A stretch of 64,000 nucleotides of DNA from a virus. Its lineage: Duplodnaviria > Caudoviricetes. The stretch lies in the IMG/VR virus record IMGVR_UViG_3300037590_000079, positions 45,662 through 109,661 of that record; one strand, 5' to 3'. This document shows positions 50,252 through 57,589 of this stretch, in pieces; the first letter of the stretch is position 1, and each line of letters starts with the position of its first letter. A program made the translations under genes and the position numbers. A model generated the notes under the pieces. That model was not told the DNA's origin. It was given only the letters and a program-made list of their open reading frames with translations, and ran no database searches.

Positions 50252-50460
50252 GGTAGTCTCGCTCTCTGCTTGCGTTTTCAGTAAGTTATGAATGACACGC
50301 GTAGAGACGGATTGCGGCAGGCATCGACAGGTGCGCGCAGGGCGTGCCAGGGGCGGCGCATCCCTGCCGCCCTGCGCGCGCCGTCTGAAGCCTGCCGACA
50401 TCCTGATTTTCGCGTGCGAGTCTGTGATTACTGACAACGCAGACAGAAAGAGAGAAGATC

Positions 50461-50724
50461 ATGACCTTCGCTAAAACGACGAAAAAGAACATCGCGCCGC
50501 ATCTCGACGAGCAAGATGAAGAGATCCTCGACGCGATGCGCAAGATCGCGGCCGCATTCTACAAGAAGGCAATCGTCAAGATGAACGACGCCGCGGTCGA
50601 GAACGTCTCGCCCGATGAGGTCTACGATCTCGTCGCGCAGTCGCGCCGCTACAGCGTGAAATCGAGCAATTACGAGCGCAAGCTGCGCCGTATTTATGAC
50701 GAGAAGCGCAAAGACGCCTTCTGA
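50461..50724 (+). CDS. Hypothetical protein (no Gly or Trp)
   Basis: ACGCAGACAGAAAGAGAGA leader. Confidence 0.7.
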   Translation: MTFAKTTKKNIAPHLDEQDEEILDAMRKIAAAFYKKAIVKMNDAAVENVSPDEVYDLVAQSRRYSVKSSNYERKLRRIYDEKRKDAF

Positions 50725-50796
50725 TACCTGCCGACATCCTTCGTCTTGCGTGTCAGTTTGTGATTACTGACACGCAAGACAGAAAGAGAGAGTATC

Positions 50797-51045
50797 ATGC
50801 CCTACACGTTTCAGAACCCGACGCTGCACATGCAAGCTGATGCGGTCATCGTCGCGATGTTCGAAGGCGACAACGAATACGCGATCATCGACGCGGGCTC
50901 GAACGGCACTGCGAATTTCGTGCTCGTCGTTGCCTCGCTCGCAGAAGGCGACGACGTGGTCGTGCTCGAAGAGCACTGCGCGCGCCTGCAAGAAGCCATC
51001 ACGCTCCTCAACGAGTTCATCGACTCTGAATACGCGGACGCTTGA
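50797..51045 (+). CDS. Hypothetical acidic protein
   Basis: ACGCAAGACAGAAAGAGAGA leader. Confidence 0.7.
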   Translation: MPYTFQNPTLHMQADAVIVAMFEGDNEYAIIDAGSNGTANFVLVVASLAEGDDVVVLEEHCARLQEAITLLNEFIDSEYADA

Positions 51046-51321
51046 GGTCTCGCTGCGCATCGAAAGGTGCGCAGCATTCCTTTCGACACCCGGCCGGGTC
51101 AGGAAAGGATAGGGTAACAGGGACCGCCCGATGCGGGCTGCCCGCCACGCCGACGCGGATACGGGCACACAGAGGCCGGCACAGGCACACCGCGGCGCAT
51201 ACAGGGCTCGACGGCTCCCGCCCCTGCCCCGCCATCCTTCAAGCGCCAGAACATGCCGCGATCTATCCGCTCTTGCGCGTGCGATGATGAGTTACTGCAA
51301 CGCAAGACAAGGAGAATACCA

Positions 51322-51615
51322 ATGACCGTCATTCTGAATATCTCGCGCGCACACTGGCGTGGCCCGGAACTCATCGACGTGCCCGTCTACCTCGAAGACG
51401 TCACCGAGGACGCTCTTGATCGCGAGTGCGTGCCCCTCGACGAGATCGAGGATCAGATCGCGTCTGCCATCTGGGAACAGGCGGATCACGAGCGACACGA
51501 CTGGATCCTCGGCGAAGACGAGATTCCCGTGCGCATGCCGGACGAGGCCGAGCGGCTCGAACTGGCGCGCGAAGGATATCTCGTCAGCGCCTATCTCGAC
51601 GAGCGCGTGCAGTAG
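51322..51615 (+). CDS. Hypothetical acidic protein
   Basis: ACGCAAGACAAGGAG leader; D/E-rich. Confidence 0.7.
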   Translation: MTVILNISRAHWRGPELIDVPVYLEDVTEDALDRECVPLDEIEDQIASAIWEQADHERHDWILGEDEIPVRMPDEAERLELAREGYLVSAYLDERVQ

Positions 51616-51853
51616 CACGCCTTGCAGGGCACGCTCTCACGCGCCCTGCGGCACTTGCGGGGACGGGAATGGATGGGTCAACAGGGACGGACCGATGCGG
51701 GGCGCGGCGCACGCCTGGGGAGGGGAATGGATTCCTCAAGGGAGCCGCCGATCTGCGGCGGGGCAGGCACGCGGAGAGCGCGCCCTACCCCTTCCTCGGC
51801 GGCTCCCTGTGGCTGGATAGCCACATGGCTGGATAGCCACACAGCCCGAAGGC

Positions 51854-52180
51854 TCAGTAGATATCCACCTGAATCCGGGTCGCCCGATCCAGCTCGCCCA
51901 GGAGCCGGAGCCTGGCAACGGGGTCGGGGATGGACGCCGCCCTGCCCGCCAGCCTGGCGTTGAGTTCCGCGGCACGGCGCTCCAGCCGCTCCACGTCCCT
52001 GGCGATCTTCTCCGCCAGTTCCTTGCTGGTCTGGTCGTAGATATCCGGCATATCCACGCCCTTCTTCCGCTGGTCGAGGATGAACCTGCGGATCGGCGGG
52101 ATGGACTTCTTCCGGGCGCGGTGCTCGGCGACCCTCTGGCTGACGGGCTTCCGGGCGGGTTTGGTCTTGCCTTCGGGCAT
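51854..52180 (-). CDS. Hypothetical basic protein
   Basis: AGGAG RBS; Arg/Lys-rich N-terminus and coiled C-terminus. Confidence 0.6.
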   Translation of the reverse strand: MPEGKTKPARKPVSQRVAEHRARKKSIPPIRRFILDQRKKGVDMPDIYDQTSKELAEKIARDVERLERRAAELNARLAGRAASIPDPVARLRLLGELDRATRIQVDIY

Positions 52181-52444
52181 GGAATGGTCTCCTATGGTCT
52201 GGGGAAAGGAATGGAGAGGTGCCGGACGGGAGCCGCCTGCCGACGGGCAGGCACATGGCTCGGCGCAGGCGCAGCGGGTAGGGACGCCCCGTGTGGCGGA
52301 AATGCCACAGTGTGATTTTCTCGTCACTATGGCATTTCTGCAACTGTGCTTTTCATGTCGCAGTGTGACATTCATGCCGTCGATCCCCCTACTGTGACAT
52401 TTTTGCAACACGCTCTCGCGTGTGCATGTTACCGAAAGTCGAAA

Positions 52445-52472
52445 CGTGCAGCGCTCTTGCGAGCGCTGCACG
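52445..52472 (-). terminator. Terminator hairpin of the GG/CC-free gene
   Basis: Perfect 12-bp stem CGTGCAGCGCTC / GAGCGCTGCACG 8 nt after the stop; TTTCGACTTT follows on the minus strand. Confidence 0.7.
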
Positions 52473-52480
52473 CTGTCACG

Positions 52481-53020
52481 TCAGCACGCGACGAAATCAG
52501 CGAATTTCTCAGCGCACGCGTCGAGCAATGCGCTGTCACGCGCTTCATACGTATGTTTCGAGATTTCGCGCATCATGTTCGCATTTTTCATCATGCTGAT
52601 AGCGAGTTGCACTTGACGTGCTGTCGAGTGTTTCGACTGACGCTCATGCACGATATGCGCGCGTTCGTCGCTCACTTTGCACGAATTCAGCATCGCGCAT
52701 TCGATATCGTGACGCGTCACGAAAGCGTCATGTGCGCGCGCGTTGAGAAGCGTCTTGATCGCGCACAGCGAATTCTGCTTCACGTCGCTTGCGCTGATAT
52801 GATCGCGCGTGACGTTGTGCGCGATGTTCACGATATCAAACGCGCAGTAGAGATCACGCGCGTTGAAATAGCGCGCGTCGATATTGCTCGCGATAAGCAT
52901 ATCGTAAACGCGCTTGTCTGCGCATTTCAGCGCAAGCGACTGCGCTTTCTTGACGTTGTTCGCGCACAGTTCGCGCTTTTCGATCAGCGACTTGAATGCT
53001 TTGCTATACTTGTTCGACAT
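52481..53020 (-). CDS. 179-aa protein without Gly, Pro or Trp, encoded in GG/CC-free DNA
   Basis: Open frame with promoter, AGAGAGAGA RBS and terminator; resembles the 46010 protein by eye. Confidence 0.75.
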   Translation of the reverse strand: MSNKYSKAFKSLIEKRELCANNVKKAQSLALKCADKRVYDMLIASNIDARYFNARDLYCAFDIVNIAHNVTRDHISASDVKQNSLCAIKTLLNARAHDAFVTRHDIECAMLNSCKVSDERAHIVHERQSKHSTARQVQLAISMMKNANMMREISKHTYEARDSALLDACAEKFADFVAC

Positions 53021-53069
53021 TGTGTCTCTCTCTCGTTTTGCGTTGCTAGCGTTGTTCGCTAGTAAGTTA

Positions 53070-53098
53070 CATCTACGCGAAACAATCGCACAATGCAA
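53070..53098 (-). promoter_or_regulatory. Sigma70-like promoter of the GG/CC-free gene
   Basis: TTGCAT-N17-TAGATG on the minus strand; a TAGCTATC box abuts the -35. Confidence 0.55.
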
Positions 53099-53470
53099 TA
53101 GCTATCTAGCTAAAAAATGTCTCAATCGTGATTTTTTTTCGATATCGTCACAGAGCGTCACAGAGCGTCATACAGTGCGCTTAGCATCTTGCGCTAGTCT
53201 GTGTCGCGAAACGACGCAATCGCACTGTGTGAAGCGCACAGCGCTTCTGTGCGCGTGCTGCGTCTCGTGCGTCTCGAAGTCTTAGAAAATCGCGAGATGC
53301 TTGAGGGGGATACCCTCTGTGTCCACCAGCTCCCGGCGTTGAAAGCTCCCATACTCTCTGTGCCACCGACATCCTGGCACAAAAGCTCCCCTGCCCCGCG
53401 CACCACAACGGATATTGCTGGATACTCCCATAGCTATCCGGCTCTGTATGGATCTACCTCGATAGCTATC

Positions 53471-53545
53471 TGGCTCCCCGGACAGGGTTCGAACCTGTAA
53501 CCTGCCGATTAACAGTCGGCTGCTCTACCGTTGAGCTACCGGGGA
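53471..53545 (-). tRNA. tRNA-Asn(GTT)
   Basis: TCCCCGG acceptor stem, CCGAC-TGTTAAT anticodon arm, GGTTCGAAC T-loop, encoded CCA. Confidence 0.95.
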
Positions 53546-53548
53546 AGA

Positions 53549-53624
<76 letters not shown>

Positions 53625-53626
53625 AA

Positions 53627-53703
53627 TGGTCCGTGTGGAGGGATTTGAACCCCCGTCTCTCCGCGTCCAAGGCGGCCACTCTACCAGGCTGAGCTACACA
53701 CGG
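53627..53703 (-). tRNA. tRNA-Pro(TGG)
   Basis: CCGTGTG acceptor stem (C1:G72, A73), loop CTTGGAC, GGTTCAAAT, ACCA end. Confidence 0.9.
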
Positions 53704-53967
53704 GATCGTGGTGATCCAGAGGCGCTGCCGGTGATGAGAGTGTGAAGCTATCTGCCAGCGCCCTGGTTCGGGCGCGATGGCGCCCGTTATGCGATGATGG
53801 GGTTGGGGTTCGGGTTCAGCTTCATGCGGCTGGGTATAGCTGGATCGTGCTTCCGTGTAAATAGCTATCTGGCTTTATACCCTTCCAGCTGGATATGGCT
53901 CAGTCAGCGTTGACTTATTCTCCTTGAAATCATAAGGTCCACGCAGGATACAGTCAGGGAGTGCAGC

Positions 53968-54240
53968 ATGCCCGAACAGATCGAAGGTTACACGCGGCCG
54001 GACCAGGAACAGATCGACCTGGTCAACTTCAACAAGCGCTTCGAGGAGCTGCTGTTGCGCCTGCTGGACGCGCACCAGGCGCAGGGTGCCTGTGATCCGC
54101 GCTTCCTGGCCGTGGCTCGGACGCACTTTCAGGAAGGATTTATGGCGCTCAATCGCAGCGTGATGCAGCCCGAGCGCATCCCCGGCGATCTGACCGCGGA
54201 TGACTTTCTTTCCATGCTTGCCGAACTGGGTGCGAAATGA
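53968..54240 (+). CDS. acb2: Acb2/Tad1-family cyclic-nucleotide sponge (anti-CBASS-like)
   Basis: IEGY...QEQIDLVN..K ... RFLAVARTHFQEGFMALNRSVMQP matches the Acb2 pattern (IKGYR.LSQEEID..N..K ... RWLAIGKT..QTG.MA..RAIAQP). Confidence 0.7.
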   Translation: MPEQIEGYTRPDQEQIDLVNFNKRFEELLLRLLDAHQAQGACDPRFLAVARTHFQEGFMALNRSVMQPERIPGDLTADDFLSMLAELGAK

Positions 54241-54788
54241 GCACCACGGAAATCAGCTTCGCCGCCGTTCTGACCTATCTGCTGGAGAACTCCGACAGCC
54301 GGTTCTTTCTCGCCGACATGATCGCGAACCACGAGGGTGTCGCGCAGGCAGAGGAGGCCGCGGGCGCGGCAGAGACGCCCTGGGACGATATCTTGCTGCG
54401 GTCCTGCACCGATCTGCTGGAATTCGAGCTCCTGACGGGCGGGAACGATCACATTGAACGGATCGCGATGCTGGCGCACGAAACCAACCGGATCTACTGC
54501 GCCAGTCTGGGCGATACCAGCCAGCCGAAATGGGAGGACGCGCCCGAGTGGCAGCGCGATAGTGCGTGCGATGGCGTGATCTTTCTGCTGCGGCACCGCG
54601 ATGCAACGCCGGAGTTCAGCCATGCGAACTGGCTGGCGCACAAGCGGAAAGAGGGCTGGGTCTACGGGCCGGTGAAGGATCCGGCCGCCAAGACGCACCC
54701 CTGCATGGTGCCCTACGCCGATCTGCCGCCCGAGCAGCGCCGCAAGGACGATTTCTTTCACGCCATCGTGCGGAGCATGCAGCCATGA
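54237..54788 (+). CDS. RyR-repeat domain protein
   Basis: SHANWLAHKRKEGWVYGPVKD..AKTHPCMVPYADLP.EQR.KD. Confidence 0.8.
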   Translation: MSTTEISFAAVLTYLLENSDSRFFLADMIANHEGVAQAEEAAGAAETPWDDILLRSCTDLLEFELLTGGNDHIERIAMLAHETNRIYCASLGDTSQPKWEDAPEWQRDSACDGVIFLLRHRDATPEFSHANWLAHKRKEGWVYGPVKDPAAKTHPCMVPYADLPPEQRRKDDFFHAIVRSMQP

Positions 54789-55225
54789 CCGTGATCGTCT
54801 ACAGGGATGGCGTGATGGCGGCCGATACGCGCGCCTGGAGCGGCGACTCGGTGCCCGTGGGCTGGAAGAAGAAGATCCGCCGGCTCGAAGATGGCCGCCT
54901 GGTGGGGTGTTCGTGCCCGGAAGTGGGTGTGCCGAATGCGTTCCTGGACTGGATCGCGGCGGGTGCGCCCGAAGATGCCAAGCCGAAGATCGACGATAAC
55001 GAGGGCTTGTCGGGGCTGGTCGTCGATGCGCAGGGGCAGGGGTGGCTCTACACGGCGAACATGCAGTGCAGCGGCCCGATCCACGCGCCCTACTTCGCGA
55101 TCGGCTCCGGCGAGAAATACGCACTGGGTGCGCTGGCGATGGGTGCCACGGCGGAAGAGGCCGTGCAGGCGGCGTGTGATCTCGACGTGTTTTCCGATCT
55201 GCCGCTGCACACGGAGCGGCACTGA
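54785..55225 (+). CDS. HslV/proteasome-beta-like Ntn hydrolase
   Basis: M-T start, MAADTR, KKI, AIGSG..YALGALAMGATAEEAV..A..LD. Confidence 0.75.
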   Translation: MTVIVYRDGVMAADTRAWSGDSVPVGWKKKIRRLEDGRLVGCSCPEVGVPNAFLDWIAAGAPEDAKPKIDDNEGLSGLVVDAQGQGWLYTANMQCSGPIHAPYFAIGSGEKYALGALAMGATAEEAVQAACDLDVFSDLPLHTERH

Positions 55226-55284
55226 GCTGTAAACGCGAATGGCTGGATAGCTAACCAGCCATTTCGCTACTTGAGGAAAGAGGC

Positions 55285-55608
55285 ATGGGTATCGATTTCG
55301 AACACAAGCGCGGCGACACGTTCGATTTCTCGGGCTTCATCGAGGTCGAGACGCCCGATGGCGTGCTGAACGATCTGACCGGCTGGACCGCGAAATCGCA
55401 GGTGCGGACGATCCATGACGTTCTGGTCGCGAACCTCGAAGTGACCTGGCTCGACATCGAGACCGGCAAGATCCGCGTTCGGGCGCAGGATACGACGGCC
55501 TGGCCGCTCTGCGAGGCGGAAATCGACATCCAGCTTACCTCGCCCGGCGGGGATCTCGTCTCGACCAAGACCAACCGCTTCGAAATCGTGCGGGATATTT
55601 CGCGATGA
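55285..55608 (+). CDS. Fibre/baseplate adaptor (BppU-N-like)
   Basis: KRGDTF ... DLTGWTAKSQVR ... DT.AWP ... DIQ. Confidence 0.65.
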   Translation: MGIDFEHKRGDTFDFSGFIEVETPDGVLNDLTGWTAKSQVRTIHDVLVANLEVTWLDIETGKIRVRAQDTTAWPLCEAEIDIQLTSPGGDLVSTKTNRFEIVRDISR

Positions 55609-55778
55609 GACTGGTGCCGCAATACGTTGTTCGGGGAAAGCTCGAAAGCTCGAATGCCAAGGCAGAGCTGGAGATGAAGCCTGCCACGAACAGGATCAGG
55701 ATCGAACTTGCGCCCTTTCTGAAGGGCGCGGACGGCACGCTTGAGGCGGGCGCGACGATAGACGGCGGCAATTTCTAA
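55605..55778 (+). CDS. Small 57-aa protein ending IDGGNF (below the ORF-track cut-off)
   Basis: ATGA overlap; fills the gap to the fibre gene. Confidence 0.55.
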   Translation: MRLVPQYVVRGKLESSNAKAELEMKPATNRIRIELAPFLKGADGTLEAGATIDGGNF

Positions 55779-55790
55779 CGGGAGACGAAG

Positions 55791-57119
55791 ATGGCCAACG
55801 AGATCAGGTTGAAACGCCGCGTCAGCGGTAATGCAGGGGCACCGGCGACGCTCAAGTCGGGCGAGCTTGCCTGGAACATGAGCGAAGGTGTCGTCTATGG
55901 CGGGGCGGGTGATGACGGCGGCGGTGGCGCGACCAGCGTCGTGGCATTGGCGGGGCAGGGGGCTTTCGTCGGCCTCGGCGGCACCCAGACGATCACAGGG
56001 ACCAAGACCTTCAGCCTGGTGCCGAAGGCGAGCCAGGATGCCAGCAGTGGCACGGATCTCGTGCGCAAGAGCCAGCTCGACACGCTGCTCGGCGGCAAGG
56101 CCGATACCGGCCACGGCCACGCCATCGGCGACATCACTAGCCTTCAGGCGACGCTCGATATCAAGGCGCCGCTGGCGAGCCCGGCACTGACCGGCACGCC
56201 GACCGCACCGACGCAGACCAGCGGCGACAACAGCACCAAGATCGCGACGACCGCCTATGTGGATTCGGCGGTGACGGCCGGGACGGTTTCGGCGATCGGA
56301 GACGTGGGCGACGTCACGATCACCACGCCGGCGGAAAATCACCTGCTGGTCTACGACAATGGTCTTGGCGAGTGGGTGAACCGGACCGCAGGCGCGGCAG
56401 GTATCGCATCTGCGACGCATGAGCACGCCGCGAGCGATATCACCAGTGGCCAGATTCCCGTGACGCGCGGCGGCACCGGAGCGGACACCGCGGCGGGTGC
56501 GCGCACCGCGCTCGGCCTGGCGATCGGCAGCGACGTGCAGGCGCATTCCGCTGTTCTGGACAGCACCACGGCCGCGTTCACCACGGCGCAGGCCACGAAG
56601 CTCGGGTATATCTCGGTTTCGCAGGCGATCGATCTCGACCAGATCGACAGCCGGGTGAACGCGCTCGACAGCGCCGTTGTGCTCAAGGGCACCTGGGATG
56701 CGAATGCCGGCACGTTCCCCGGTGCAGGGGCAGCCCAGGCGGGCGAGACCTGGATCGTGACCACGGCCGGAACGGTCGATGGTGTCGATTTCGCCGTGAA
56801 CGACCGAATTATGGCGATCACCGACAACGCCTCGGGCTCGACCTTCGCCTCGAACTGGCTGAAGCTCGACTATACCGACGCGGTGCTCTCGGTGGCCGGC
56901 AAGACCGGTGCCGTCACCCTGGCGGCTGCCGACATCCTGAGCGGAGAGTTCGCGGATGCCCGGATCAGCGCATCCAGCGTGACGCAGCACCAGGGTGCGC
57001 TGACGCTCACCCTGAGCCAGGTGAGCGACGCGGGCTCGCTCGCCGGCCAGGACGCAAGCGCGGTCAATATCACCGGCGGGACGATTGACGGTGTGACGCT
57101 CGACGGTGGCACGTTCTGA
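55791..57119 (+). CDS. Tail/auxiliary fibre protein
   Basis: HGHAIGDITSL, KAPLASPALTGTPTAPT..DNSTKIATTAYV, RGGTGA, VLSVAGKTGAVTL fibre repeats. Confidence 0.88.
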   Translation: MANEIRLKRRVSGNAGAPATLKSGELAWNMSEGVVYGGAGDDGGGGATSVVALAGQGAFVGLGGTQTITGTKTFSLVPKASQDASSGTDLVRKSQLDTLLGGKADTGHGHAIGDITSLQATLDIKAPLASPALTGTPTAPTQTSGDNSTKIATTAYVDSAVTAGTVSAIGDVGDVTITTPAENHLLVYDNGLGEWVNRTAGAAGIASATHEHAASDITSGQIPVTRGGTGADTAAGARTALGLAIGSDVQAHSAVLDSTTAAFTTAQATKLGYISVSQAIDLDQIDSRVNALDSAVVLKGTWDANAGTFPGAGAAQAGETWIVTTAGTVDGVDFAVNDRIMAITDNASGSTFASNWLKLDYTDAVLSVAGKTGAVTLAAADILSGEFADARISASSVTQHQGALTLTLSQVSDAGSLAGQDASAVNITGGTIDGVTLDGGTF

Positions 57120-57136
57120 TCGACTAGGAGGGCGGC

Positions 57137-57589
57137 ATGGCTGTTCCGTTTCAGCAGAAGCGCACCAATGTGCAGGGCAGGGTGCCGACCACCTCCGATC
57201 TCGTTCTGGGGCAGCTTGCCATCAACACCCATGACGGCAAGCTGTTCCTGAAGAAGGATGACGGCAGCGAAAGCATCGTCGAGATCGGCGGGCCGATCGA
57301 GGGTATCGAGGCGCTCTCGGGCACCACGCCGGCCCTGTCCACGGCAGCGGGCACGATCAAGACATGGACGCTGAGCGGCAACTCGACGCCGACCGACAGC
57401 CTTTCCTCGGGCGAGAGCGTCACGCTCTACATCGACGATGGCGCGGCTCACACGATCACATGGCCCTCCGTGACGTGGATGAACACGGGCGGCACCGCGC
57501 CGACGCTGGCGACGAGCGGCTACACCGTGATCGTTCTCAGCAAGGTCGGGTCTACGCTCTACGGCTTCCTCGCGGGAGACGGCACATGA
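57137..57589 (+). CDS. Fibre-associated protein
   Basis: KRT...P...L..GQLAINT.DGKLF N-terminus; TITWP.VTW...TAPTL C-terminus. Confidence 0.75.
   Translation: MAVPFQQKRTNVQGRVPTTSDLVLGQLAINTHDGKLFLKKDDGSESIVEIGGPIEGIEALSGTTPALSTAAGTIKTWTLSGNSTPTDSLSSGESVTLYIDDGAAHTITWPSVTWMNTGGTAPTLATSGYTVIVLSKVGSTLYGFLAGDGT

Noticed and set aside
52346-53062. 238-aa plus-strand ORF across the GG/CC-free island as the real gene
   Set aside because: The promoter, RBS-like leader, terminator orientation and similarity to the 46010 protein all support the minus-strand ORF.
52434-53304. GG/CC absence as a side effect of amino-acid composition or low GC
   Set aside because: The region is still about half G+C. 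The ban also covers synonymous positions, codon junctions and more than 300 bp of non-coding DNA.
44316-53311. CRISPR array or mini-array among the intergenic repeats
   Set aside because: The repeats are irregularly spaced, degenerate and separated by genes rather than by constant-length spacers; no cas genes are present.
52383-53311. Island as an IS or MITE because of the terminal inverted 8-mers
   Set aside because: No transposase or target-site duplication was recognised, and the island shares leader, TAGCTATC and 15-mer motifs with the rest of the phage, so it looks native.
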